64,000 nt of DNA from a virus, in IMG/VR virus record IMGVR_UViG_3300021964_000018, positions 1 to 64,000 of that record; one strand, written 5' to 3'. How positions within the stretch are numbered: the stretch's first letter is position 1; each line of letters starts with the position of its first letter. Below, piece by piece: positions 47,100 to 56,639 of this stretch. The position numbers and the translations under genes are program-made. Under the pieces are notes generated by a model. It made no database searches. It saw only the letters and a program-made list of their open reading frames with translations, and had not been told where the DNA came from.

Positions 47100-50000
47100 G
47101 CAGTGATTATATTTCAAACAACCCTAATGTAAGAATCAATATTCTTAGAAAAATAGCAAAAGAATATGAAGGTTATATAGCGGGAATTGGAGGAGATAAT
47201 ACTTTATACAAGTTTTCACCAGACTCAGAATTAAAAGCATTATTAAAACCAGGTGAAGAAAGCAGAACAAAAAACAACATGTCTGAAGAACAAAAGCAGA
47301 TACGCCTAATTGAACAAGCTTTAAATGCAATATTAGATACTGCAAATGGAGCATATCTAACTAAAGATTATTTATCAAAAAGTAAAATATATAATGGTAT
47401 TGATATATCAAAATTAGGTGATAATGCAACCTCATCAGAAGAAGCTTTATTATTAGGTAAAAGTTTAAAAATATTAACTCAAAAAAAGTTAATCAATAGT
47501 ATTATAGATGCTCCATTGAATTTAACGCCTAGTACAGGTATAATCACTACTAGTACATCTCCGTTTAATGATGTATCAGAAAGAGGATTAATATTTACAC
47601 CAACAGAAGCTTCAAAAAAAGAATCAGATTTAACTGAAGAAGAGAAAAAAGATAGAAAAAAACAATCAAAAATTGATAAGCTAAAAAGCAAATATAACAC
47701 TTTCGATAAATTTAATGAATTAAAGCCAGATCAAAAAGAAGCAATTGCAAAAGATTTAGATTTAAAAGTTTCTGAAATAGAGTCAGCACTTAAAAAAAGA
47801 GATGCAGAAAAAAACACATCTCAAAATGCAAAAGAAAAACTAATTCAAGCAAGAAAAGATGCTGTTGCAAAATCAAATAATGGTTCTTTAAGAACTGACA
47901 ATGTCAATATTGCAGACATTGATAATTTTATTTTAGAAAACCCAGGAAGACAAACAGAAGAAGTAAAAGACAACTCAGGAAAAGTAATCAGTTCAAATTC
48001 TGCAGTACTTGTTTCTTTACCGATTAATAATGATCAATCAGGAAATCAAAAAAATCCTAATTTTGCAATGAGTGCATATGTTTTTTGCAACCAAAGTATT
48101 CAAAGGTCTGGAAAATCAAAAGATTACTTGAGTCTTTTTCTAAATGGAATTCCTCCTATTGAAATGTCAAGATGTACTCCCTATCTAGATATTACTGTAT
48201 ATCATAAAAACAAGTCAAAAAACAAAAAAAGGTTTTTAAATCATGAATATCATATGCGATTTATTAAACAAGAAAACGGAGAATTTGTTTTATCTGAAGG
48301 TGCAATATCTAATGCAAAAAGATTAAATGGAGCTCCAAGAGAAAGTGGTCTAGATTCAAGTTTTATGTCGATTTTTACATCCCCACAGACCATGGCAAAT
48401 GGAAATATTAATAAAGGCGTAAATGCAGACAATATATTTAAAAACTACACAACTTCAGATAAAAATTCTATAGGGGACCAAAGATTTTTAGAACCTATTG
48501 TTCCTTTATTAACTTTAAACTCTTTTCAGGTCACGATTGCTGGCATGGGATATGGAATGGTTTCCTCCAGAAAAGGAAGTATGTCTTTGGTGTTGCATGA
48601 TAGAAGTCGATTGCAAGATTTTGCACCTTTGATTAGTTTAAATCAATTATCAGGTACTAGCATAAGGGTAGAATTTGGTTGGAGTCATCCAGATGGTAAT
48701 CCTTTGACTAGTAAAAACGAAATAGGTAAATTTTTAAATGCAATGAGAGATGTCCAGTTTTATAATTTGCTAGGGTCAAATCTTTCATTTCAAAATAATT
48801 CTGTAAATATTGAAGTTCAATTAGCTTCTGCTGGATTTGAGTTCATGTCAGACGTATCTGCTGCAGCAGGTTATTATTCTCCGCTCAATTTTATTAATAA
48901 AAAGCTTAATAAAATTATTAATGACATTATTGAAAAAGAATCAAATACCAATCAGCCAATAGAAAATTCTCCTCAAGAAAAAGTGCTTAAACAAATGAAG
49001 ATAATAAGGACAGCAATTACTTCACAAACAGCTGTAGTAAAGTCTGAAGATTATAAAAAAGTTTTGTCTGAGTTAGAATCAGATAAATCAAACATTAGCA
49101 AGTTAAATACAGTGTTGAAAACATTGGGATATGTCAATGATGAATCAAAAGAAGTTAAAAACGCAAGTGAATTAATTAGTTTAATTAATGAGGATGAACT
49201 TAAAAAATCTTCAAAAGAAAGATCTTTGTACACATCCAAGCTAATAAAAGATAAAATTGCAATTGCAAGATTGACCGAAGATTTTGACCTTTTAGAAACA
49301 ACAAACACAGCTTTTCAAAATAAAATAATGAATTCAGGAGATTTGACAAAAGCACCAGATGAAGCAAACGTATTAGATGATTTAGGTTTAAGATTTAGTG
49401 AAACAATAAGCTTTGGAAAATTAGTGCTAATGTATTGTGCATTACCAATGATGTCAACTTGTGAATTTGCTGATGTTCAAGTTTTCTTTTATCCGATTAA
49501 TAATAGAGCAGGTGGAGCTAGAAGATTTACAACTGCATCTTTACCTATTGAATATAGCATTGTTCGTAATGCTATTGATGAAAGATTTAAAAATGAAGGA
49601 AATATTTCTGTAAAAGGTATGTTTAATTTTTTAGCAAATCTTTTTGAAGACACAGGTTTAAAAACTTATGGCATCGGAGAAACTTTTGACTTTGACAAAG
49701 AAAACGAAAAGCTTTCAAAAGAAGATCAAGAAAAGAAAAAACAGGAAGCAATCGATGATTATTTAAAAGATAATCAAGAAAAATTAACTCCCGAAGAAGA
49801 AGCAAAAGGTAAAAACAAAGAATTGACTGAAGAGAAAAAAGAAGCAATTTATAAATTAAGTCTTAAAAAAGCTTTTAGAAATCGCTCAAAAGAAAAAATA
49901 GCACAATTTTATGAAAATGATAATTTGCCTGCTGAAAATTCTAATGAGTTAGTTTTACCTAATTTGCAAATGCATATGGAAGTCTTGCCTGCAATTGATC

Positions 50001-50758
50001 CGGAAATTTCAGCTAAAAGCGCGTCAACAATTGAAAATTTCTTTTTTGGTGCAATCAAAAAGCAAAATGAAGACGGATACTTGGATGATAAAAAAATATT
50101 AAGAATTCATGTTTATGATACTAGATCGAATGGAAATCCTCGTGGAGAGTTATTAAACAAAATATTAAATGATGATGTTGCAAATTTTTTAACAGGAAAC
50201 TTATCTCATGTTGCAAATGATACTGATAAAGTAAAAATAGTAAGAGAAGATACTAAGTCGTCAAAACTTGTTAGTAAGATACCTACAAGAGAACTTAAAT
50301 ATTATGTTAAAAGAAGCTATCCTAACGTTACATGGGGTGCATCAAGCTCTGTGATAAAATCATTATCAGTTTCAAGTAATACTAGCGATAAAGTTTCAAA
50401 ACTGATAATGATTAGAAGGCAAGCAGACGAGAGAGCCGCGGGCGGAGCAAAAAATAGAGTAGGTCCAGAAGAAGAAGTTTCAATTAACCCATCATCAATT
50501 AGTTTAGAAATATTAGGATGTCCTTTTATTGATAGAGGAACTCAGATATTTGTAGATACTGGAACCGGAACTGATTTAGATAATGTTTATACTGTAAATA
50601 ATATAACACACAGTGTAAACTCAGGTATGTTTATGACTAGTTTAAGTTTAACTTTAACTGCGCAAGGTGCAATATCTAGTACGAGGAAAAATCTTGCAAA
50701 TAAACTTAAAACTGCAGTCAAAGTAATAGAAGAAAACTCTGAAACAAAAACAACATGA
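47096..50758 (+). CDS. Large baseplate hub protein (gp27/VgrG-like)
   Basis: VEFGWS, ISLEILGCP...GTQIFVD, YTVNNITHSV...FMTSL; synteny. Confidence 0.65.
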   Translation: MSSDYISNNPNVRINILRKIAKEYEGYIAGIGGDNTLYKFSPDSELKALLKPGEESRTKNNMSEEQKQIRLIEQALNAILDTANGAYLTKDYLSKSKIYNGIDISKLGDNATSSEEALLLGKSLKILTQKKLINSIIDAPLNLTPSTGIITTSTSPFNDVSERGLIFTPTEASKKESDLTEEEKKDRKKQSKIDKLKSKYNTFDKFNELKPDQKEAIAKDLDLKVSEIESALKKRDAEKNTSQNAKEKLIQARKDAVAKSNNGSLRTDNVNIADIDNFILENPGRQTEEVKDNSGKVISSNSAVLVSLPINNDQSGNQKNPNFAMSAYVFCNQSIQRSGKSKDYLSLFLNGIPPIEMSRCTPYLDITVYHKNKSKNKKRFLNHEYHMRFIKQENGEFVLSEGAISNAKRLNGAPRESGLDSSFMSIFTSPQTMANGNINKGVNADNIFKNYTTSDKNSIGDQRFLEPIVPLLTLNSFQVTIAGMGYGMVSSRKGSMSLVLHDRSRLQDFAPLISLNQLSGTSIRVEFGWSHPDGNPLTSKNEIGKFLNAMRDVQFYNLLGSNLSFQNNSVNIEVQLASAGFEFMSDVSAAAGYYSPLNFINKKLNKIINDIIEKESNTNQPIENSPQEKVLKQMKIIRTAITSQTAVVKSEDYKKVLSELESDKSNISKLNTVLKTLGYVNDESKEVKNASELISLINEDELKKSSKERSLYTSKLIKDKIAIARLTEDFDLLETTNTAFQNKIMNSGDLTKAPDEANVLDDLGLRFSETISFGKLVLMYCALPMMSTCEFADVQVFFYPINNRAGGARRFTTASLPIEYSIVRNAIDERFKNEGNISVKGMFNFLANLFEDTGLKTYGIGETFDFDKENEKLSKEDQEKKKQEAIDDYLKDNQEKLTPEEEAKGKNKELTEEKKEAIYKLSLKKAFRNRSKEKIAQFYENDNLPAENSNELVLPNLQMHMEVLPAIDPEISAKSASTIENFFFGAIKKQNEDGYLDDKKILRIHVYDTRSNGNPRGELLNKILNDDVANFLTGNLSHVANDTDKVKIVREDTKSSKLVSKIPTRELKYYVKRSYPNVTWGASSSVIKSLSVSSNTSDKVSKLIMIRRQADERAAGGAKNRVGPEEEVSINPSSISLEILGCPFIDRGTQIFVDTGTGTDLDNVYTVNNITHSVNSGMFMTSLSLTLTAQGAISSTRKNLANKLKTAVKVIEENSETKTT

Positions 50759-51789
50759 CCTGGATAAAACCTATTATGAATATTGGTATAAAAATAACTA
50801 AAGGATACAATTTCTCAGATAACACACTAGTAATAGGAAACAAAAAAAATATATTATCCCTAAACGAAATAAACGAAATAAACAGATTGTTAAATCTGAA
50901 ACAAATTAAAAACAAAAAACAATATTTTGATAAATTATTAACTTCTTTGAATGCATCAAAACAGGATGTGAATCGTTTAATTAACGTAAAAAATAAAAAT
51001 ATTTATTTGAAATACCTAAAAGAAGAAATAGAAAAGTCTAAAAATTACATTACTAGATATTTTTTTGAAACTTTACCATTAAGACTAGAATTATTTGAAA
51101 AGATTATAACACTAGAAAATTGTAAACCAACTATTTATGATCACAATACAACGACAGGAAGACTAAAAGTAATTGGTGGTACTAATTTTTTAACAATGAA
51201 AAGTGAAGATAGAAATAGATTAAAACATAAAGATGATAAAAAGATCATTCAAGAAATAGACTTTAAATCTTGCGAACCTAATTTTTATTTAAAAAGTAAA
51301 GGAATAGAATTTAATGGATCAGATGTTTATAATTTTTTAATGAAAAAATTAAATATTGAGTGTGAAAGATCAAGCTTTAAAAGAGGCGTACTTTCAATAA
51401 TTTATGGTGCAAATGAAATAACAGTATCAAAAATATCTAAAATACCTGTTAAGAAAATAAAAGAAATAAAACAAATATTCGATATTGATAATTTTTCAAA
51501 TAGTCTAGAAAAAGAATATAAAGAAAAAGGTTATATTGAGAATTATTATGGACGTCCTTTATTCTCAAAAAACAATTTAGTAAATCACTGGATTCAATCT
51601 TCTGCAGCTGATTATTGTTGTTTAGCATTTAGAGAATATTTAAATAAAAATACATCAATCGAATTGCACGGAGTAATTCATGACGCGATTATTGTTTCTG
51701 ATTATCAAAAAATAGATATTAATACAATAAAAGAGTCAATATCAAATATAGAAATCCCAGTATCAATTAAGAGTTTAGGAGATAATTAA
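50755..51789 (+). CDS. Minimal family A DNA polymerase (polymerase domain only)
   Basis: TTTGRL, motif A IDFKSCEP, motif B RSSFKRGVLSIIYGA, NHWIQSSAAD, motif C IHDAII. Confidence 0.8.
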   Translation: MTWIKPIMNIGIKITKGYNFSDNTLVIGNKKNILSLNEINEINRLLNLKQIKNKKQYFDKLLTSLNASKQDVNRLINVKNKNIYLKYLKEEIEKSKNYITRYFFETLPLRLELFEKIITLENCKPTIYDHNTTTGRLKVIGGTNFLTMKSEDRNRLKHKDDKKIIQEIDFKSCEPNFYLKSKGIEFNGSDVYNFLMKKLNIECERSSFKRGVLSIIYGANEITVSKISKIPVKKIKEIKQIFDIDNFSNSLEKEYKEKGYIENYYGRPLFSKNNLVNHWIQSSAADYCCLAFREYLNKNTSIELHGVIHDAIIVSDYQKIDINTIKESISNIEIPVSIKSLGDN

Positions 51790-51793
51790 TATT

Positions 51794-52288
51794 ATGAAAA
51801 AATTAAAAGAATTAAATTTAAACGTAGGCAGATCACCTGCAGAATACCCAGGAACGTCAACTAAATTTCCAATTGGTTATAATGGACAATTTATAGGAAA
51901 TGCTGATACTTCAAATAGTAGAAGAATGCAAGTTGTGGCTAATTCAAATGAAGAAGCCGGTTTAGAAGAAGAAGAATTATTAGAGCAAGAGGATGACATG
52001 ATAAAAGAAATTTTAAATGCTAGAGTTAAAAAAGAAAACAAATATTCATTATTAGAAACTTTAGAAAATATATCTGAAGTTGAGTCAGAAGAAGTTGAAG
52101 AAGAATCATATGAAGAAGTTAATTTAGAAGAGTTTTCAGGATCTGCGGCTGTTGTTGGTGCAACCGGTCCATTTGGTGACGAAAAAAGAAAAAATATATC
52201 ATCAGCAGAATATCTTCAAAAAGAACAAATTGAAAGAATGAGAATATTGGAAGCTTATCATCAAAAAACTTCAAATAGATTAAAATAA
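51794..52288 (+). CDS. Acidic hypothetical protein with several L-x-E sites
   Basis: Late motif upstream; LLE and NLEE/FSG sites. Confidence 0.5.
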   Translation: MKKLKELNLNVGRSPAEYPGTSTKFPIGYNGQFIGNADTSNSRRMQVVANSNEEAGLEEEELLEQEDDMIKEILNARVKKENKYSLLETLENISEVESEEVEEESYEEVNLEEFSGSAAVVGATGPFGDEKRKNISSAEYLQKEQIERMRILEAYHQKTSNRLK

Positions 52289-52290
52289 TT

Positions 52291-52319
52291 TTGTACCTTA
52301 CACACACACACTATATAAT
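52291..52319 (+). promoter_or_regulatory. Sigma70-like promoter of the SSB gene
   Basis: TTGTAC-17 nt (CA repeat)-TATAAT. Confidence 0.6.
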
Positions 52320-52327
52320 TGCTAAGC

Positions 52328-52378
52328 AATTAAAAATTAAAAATTAAACATTAACAATTGCAAATTAAACATTAAAAC
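52328..52378 (+). promoter_or_regulatory. Unstructured ATTAAA-repeat leader (gene 32-type translational operator)
   Basis: aattaaaaattaaaaattaaacattaacaattgcaaattaaacattaaaac directly before the GGAG RBS. Confidence 0.55.
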
Positions 52379-52389
52379 GGAGAAAAATC

Positions 52390-53175
52390 ATGGCTATTGA
52401 TTTTGAAGCTATCAAGCGCAAACTAGAACGACTCAGCGGAAACAATAAATCACAAAATGTAATGTGGAAACCACAACCAGATGAAGAATATAATGTTCGT
52501 CTTATGAGTTTTCCAGATAATGACGGTCAACCCTTTAAAGAGTTGATGTTTTATTACAATATTCCTGGGCAACGTGGTCTTTTGGCACCATCTCAATTTG
52601 GTGAAAGAGATCCAGTTCAAGAATTAATTAACAAACTTCGTGATGAAGGTACAAAAGAAAGCTATGAAATGGCAAAGAAATTGTATCCTAAAATGCGAGT
52701 TTATGCTGCAGTAGTTGTAAGAGGCGAAGAAGATAAAGGTGTACAGCTTTGGGGTTTTGGAAAGCTTGTTTATCAAAAACTTCTTGGTATTATGCTTGAC
52801 GAAGATTACGGAGATATCACTGACCCCAAATCAGGTCGTGATATTAAAGTAATTTGTTCTAAACCACCCGGTCAACAATGGGCAAAAACAGAAATTCTTC
52901 CTCGTGGACGATCAACAAAACTATCTGATGATACATCAAAAGCAAAGGAATGGATGACTAATATTCCTGACATTAAAGGTATATTTAAAACAAAGTCTTA
53001 CGATGAACTTAGTAAAATTGTAAATGACTGGCTCAATGGCGACAACGAAGATGATGAAGGTACTGAAAAGTTTGGAAGTAATACTTCTAACGATGATGAT
53101 ACACCTAAATCAGGCGGTGGAAGCGGAAAATCTTATAATGACTTAGACGATGCATTCGCAGACTTGATGTCATAA
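52390..53175 (+). CDS. Single-stranded DNA-binding protein (T4 gp32-like)
   Basis: WKP, GVQLWGFGK, YGDITDPKSGRDI, acidic C-terminal tail DLDDAFADLMS. Confidence 0.85.
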   Translation: MAIDFEAIKRKLERLSGNNKSQNVMWKPQPDEEYNVRLMSFPDNDGQPFKELMFYYNIPGQRGLLAPSQFGERDPVQELINKLRDEGTKESYEMAKKLYPKMRVYAAVVVRGEEDKGVQLWGFGKLVYQKLLGIMLDEDYGDITDPKSGRDIKVICSKPPGQQWAKTEILPRGRSTKLSDDTSKAKEWMTNIPDIKGIFKTKSYDELSKIVNDWLNGDNEDDEGTEKFGSNTSNDDDTPKSGGGSGKSYNDLDDAFADLMS

Positions 53176-53207
53176 ATAAGCAATCAATAAAAGATTAATC
53201 TTTTTTC

Positions 53208-53237
53208 GGGGAAGTATGAAAATACTTCCCCATTTTT
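53208..53237 (+). terminator. Rho-independent terminator
   Basis: GGGGAAGTAT-GAAA-ATACTTCCCC followed by ATTTTT. Confidence 0.85.
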
Positions 53238-53276
53238 ATATTTATGTAGTGATAGATTACTAAAAAAGAGAAACAA

Positions 53277-55430
53277 ATGAATAATGTCACTGCAAATAGT
53301 ATCGATAGACGTTTATTAAGAGAACAAATAAAAAGAAAGATGTTGACTGAAGCAAGACACAATCTTGCGCAAAAAGTAATAGAAGAAAGATATGAAAAAG
53401 GAATAACTAGCCTGTCTATATTTGATTTTGCGCCAAAAGAAGATATAAAAGAAATTATTAATTTTGCGCAGGAAAACTTAAATGAAGTTAAATATGCTGC
53501 AAGAATATTAAGAGAGCAAGTATACTCAGGTCAGTTAACCAATTCTAAGCATAAAGTAAGTCAAGTATTAAGCAATGATATAGAGCTTAAAGGTCAAAAA
53601 ATTAGACTTCATGAGATATCAGACTTTGCATTAGATATGCTTTTTGGTTTCGGTCCAATGTTAGGATTAATTCCTTTGCCGGGTTTTGAAATAGCAGGTA
53701 GTGGTATTGCTATAGCAGGATTATTGTATTATGGATATAAGTTATATCAAGCAGTTAGAGCTGAAGATGGTTTGGAAATATTCATACAGGGAATATCAGT
53801 TTTATTTGCAGCTGCTGCTGTCTTTCCAAGAGTTGGAGCAGCTTTTGCTGCAGCAGCAAAAAAGGTATTTGATTTCTTTAAAGGCTTTAAAGGAGTCGCT
53901 TCAAAATCTTTATTGTCTGTTGCAACAGGAGGTGTTTCTAATGTGGTTGCAAAATTTGGTAAAGAAGCAGTAGAACAAGGGGCCAAGGAAGTAATTGAAC
54001 AAGGAACAGTAAACGCTATGAAAGAACTTGGGGAAGAAATTATCACAAATCAAGAAACCCTTAAAAAAGGTGCTGAAATTGCTTCTAGCGGCGCGAAATA
54101 TTTAGATTATGCCAAAGACTTATTAAAAGGAATGAAAGATGGTGCTGCAACAAAATATTTAGGAAAAATACCTGTTATTGGTCCTAAATTAAGTAGTATA
54201 GTTGATAATTTATTAGAAGTCTTCCTAGCGGGTGGGTCTAAATTAAAAGATATAATTATTAAGAATACAAAAACAATGGCAGAAGTTTCAGAAGTAGCTG
54301 TAAAAGAAGGTGTTGATAAAGTAGGTACTGGTGCATTGACAACAATTGCAGTTGCGACTACCCAAGCTGAAAAAAAGGCAGCACAAGAAACTTTAGAAGC
54401 TTTAGCAAAAGAAAGTGATGAGCTAGCGGCCGCAGCACGTCAATTAGGTTATTTAGATGAAGCTTTCGAAACAGCAGCAAAAGCCACAACAAAAGGAAAA
54501 TCTGGTGCCAAAGGAATTCACAAAGCTGGAGAAAAACTTCTTGGTGAGTTTGATGTAGTAATGTCAAAAATGAGTCAAGAAGCTGCCAGTATAGGAAAAA
54601 ACGCTAGTGGTGATGCAATTGAATTAGTACAAAGAGAAATATTTAAGGCAGGAGAAAAATTAGCAGGGGTTGGAATAAAAAATAAGTCAACATACGCATC
54701 TGTAACAAAAATATATAAAGGACTATTTCAAACAGCACAAGATATTGCTGTTATATCAAAAACAAGTATATCATCTGCAATTAAAGAGTTACCATCAGCG
54801 GCAAAAACTATAAATTTTGGGAATTTAAAGATAACTGGTCAAGCCGTTACGAAAGGCGGATCTAAAGTTGTAATTAAAGAAATAGTAGAAGAAGAAGGTA
54901 AAATTATGGTGAGGGCAGTAGCAAAAAATGGTAAAGTATATGCAAGAGAAATGACAGGAGATATTGCCAAACAATTGTCTGATAAAGGTATTTTTAAATC
55001 TATTTTTGGTAAAATGAATAATAATTTAGGCCGACAAGCAAAAGTTTTGGAAAGAAGAACTTTAAAAGCATCATTTTCAAGAACAGCTGCAAAAGAAGCA
55101 GAAGAAGCATCACTTAAACTTGCTGACGATATAACAACACAAACAGTAGGTGAAATAACTGAAGAAGTAGGTCAAGTAGCAGCAAAAGTTACTGCAGAAA
55201 ATGCAGACAGCGTTATTAAAACGCTTATATCTCCTGAAAAATTAATGAAGGCTGATTGGTGGGTAAAATTAACAGGAGGCCTCTGGAATACTTTCTTAAG
55301 CGGGCTAGATGTTTCTGGAAAAACTAAACTTTCTAGAGTTGTAGATTCACAATCTTCAGATTATTATAATGTGGATCGATCAGAACTTGATGAAACCCTT
55401 AGACGGAAAAGTTTAAAATTTTTATATTGA
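53277..55430 (+). CDS. Large Ala/Lys-rich protein with hydrophobic hairpin and leader-like N-terminus
   Basis: RRLLREQIKRKMLTE/A; TM-like segments (GSGIAIAGLLYYGY, IFIQGISVLFAAAAVF); late motif ATATTTA at 53238. Confidence 0.55.
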   Translation: MNNVTANSIDRRLLREQIKRKMLTEARHNLAQKVIEERYEKGITSLSIFDFAPKEDIKEIINFAQENLNEVKYAARILREQVYSGQLTNSKHKVSQVLSNDIELKGQKIRLHEISDFALDMLFGFGPMLGLIPLPGFEIAGSGIAIAGLLYYGYKLYQAVRAEDGLEIFIQGISVLFAAAAVFPRVGAAFAAAAKKVFDFFKGFKGVASKSLLSVATGGVSNVVAKFGKEAVEQGAKEVIEQGTVNAMKELGEEIITNQETLKKGAEIASSGAKYLDYAKDLLKGMKDGAATKYLGKIPVIGPKLSSIVDNLLEVFLAGGSKLKDIIIKNTKTMAEVSEVAVKEGVDKVGTGALTTIAVATTQAEKKAAQETLEALAKESDELAAAARQLGYLDEAFETAAKATTKGKSGAKGIHKAGEKLLGEFDVVMSKMSQEAASIGKNASGDAIELVQREIFKAGEKLAGVGIKNKSTYASVTKIYKGLFQTAQDIAVISKTSISSAIKELPSAAKTINFGNLKITGQAVTKGGSKVVIKEIVEEEGKIMVRAVAKNGKVYAREMTGDIAKQLSDKGIFKSIFGKMNNNLGRQAKVLERRTLKASFSRTAAKEAEEASLKLADDITTQTVGEITEEVGQVAAKVTAENADSVIKTLISPEKLMKADWWVKLTGGLWNTFLSGLDVSGKTKLSRVVDSQSSDYYNVDRSELDETLRRKSLKFLY

Positions 55431-55455
55431 AAATTATTCCGGAATAATGTATAAT
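55427..55455 (+). promoter_or_regulatory. Sigma70-like promoter of recA with a perfect 16-bp palindrome in the spacer
   Basis: TTGAAA-ATTATTCCGGAATAAT-G-TATAAT (17-nt spacer). Confidence 0.65.
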
Positions 55456-55484
55456 TCTTTATGTTAATAGATAAAGGAGAATAC

Positions 55485-56639
55485 ATGCCAAGTGATGATT
55501 TTACTAAAGACTTAATTAAGTCTCTCAATAAAGAAAAAGGAGCAAGAGTAGCTTATAATCTTGCAGTTGATGATAGCCCAACCCATGTTAAACGTTGGAT
55601 CAGTACTGGTAGTCAAATGTTAGATTATATTTGTGCCAATCAAAAAGATGGCGGTTTACCTGAAGGTCGTATTGTAGAAATATTTGGACCTCCCTCAATT
55701 GGTAAGTCCCATATAGCAACACAACTAGCTCGTTCGACCCAACAAATGGGAGGAATTGTTGTTTATATCGACACAGAAAATGCAACATCAGTTGATAATC
55801 TTCGTGCTTTAGGGGTAGATGTTTCTTCTCGTTTTGTTTATGTTGATACACATTGTACTGAAGAGGTGTTGTCAATAGCAGAAAAAACAATCTTAAAAGC
55901 AAAAGCTCTTGATAAAGACGTTCCCGTTACAATTATTTGGGATTCTGTTGCTGCAACTTCACCAAAAGCTGAATTGTTGGGTGATTATGACAAAGAATCA
56001 ATTGGACTTCAAGCCCGGGCAATTTCAAAAGGTATGCGGAAAATAACAGGTGTTATTGGGCAAACTAATTCACTTTTGATATGCCTTAATCAAATCCGAA
56101 CTAAAGTAGGTGTAATGTATGGTGATCCAACAACGACACCAGGTGGTAAGGCAATTCCATTTCATAGTTCGATCCGGATTAAATTAGGCGCAGGACAACC
56201 GATTAAAGATGGTGATGATGTAATTGGTATTAATGTATCAGCAAAAACAATAAAAAATAAGGTTGCACCACCTTTCCGGGTTGCAAAGTTTCAAATACAT
56301 TTTGGAAAAGGGATTGTTGAGCACGAAGAGCTTTTTGATTTGTTAAGAAAGCATGGCGAAGAGATAATTAATAATAAATCAATCAAGGTGTCAGGAAGTG
56401 GTCAATGGAAGAATTTTCAAGTTGTTTGTTGCGAGTCTGGTGAAGTTTTGATTGAGAAAAAATTTAGAAAAACAGCTTTTAATGAACTAATGAAAGATCC
56501 GGATTACAAACCTTATTTAGATCAGTTAGTAGAAAAAGCAATGGTAAAAGTTATGACAACAACTGACGGCGTTGATATCGATACAGAATCATTAGCAGAA
56601 TTAGAAGCATTACAACAGGAAATGTTTGATAATGAATAG
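55485..56639 (+). CDS. recA: RecA/UvsX recombinase
   Basis: ISTGS, GGLPEGRIVEIFG, Walker A GPPSIGKS, YIDTE, WDSVAA, NQIR, TTPGGKAIPFHSSIRI, KNKVAPPF; AAGGAG RBS before ATG 55485. Confidence 0.95.
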   Translation: MPSDDFTKDLIKSLNKEKGARVAYNLAVDDSPTHVKRWISTGSQMLDYICANQKDGGLPEGRIVEIFGPPSIGKSHIATQLARSTQQMGGIVVYIDTENATSVDNLRALGVDVSSRFVYVDTHCTEEVLSIAEKTILKAKALDKDVPVTIIWDSVAATSPKAELLGDYDKESIGLQARAISKGMRKITGVIGQTNSLLICLNQIRTKVGVMYGDPTTTPGGKAIPFHSSIRIKLGAGQPIKDGDDVIGINVSAKTIKNKVAPPFRVAKFQIHFGKGIVEHEELFDLLRKHGEEIINNKSIKVSGSGQWKNFQVVCCESGEVLIEKKFRKTAFNELMKDPDYKPYLDQLVEKAMVKVMTTTDGVDIDTESLAELEALQQEMFDNE

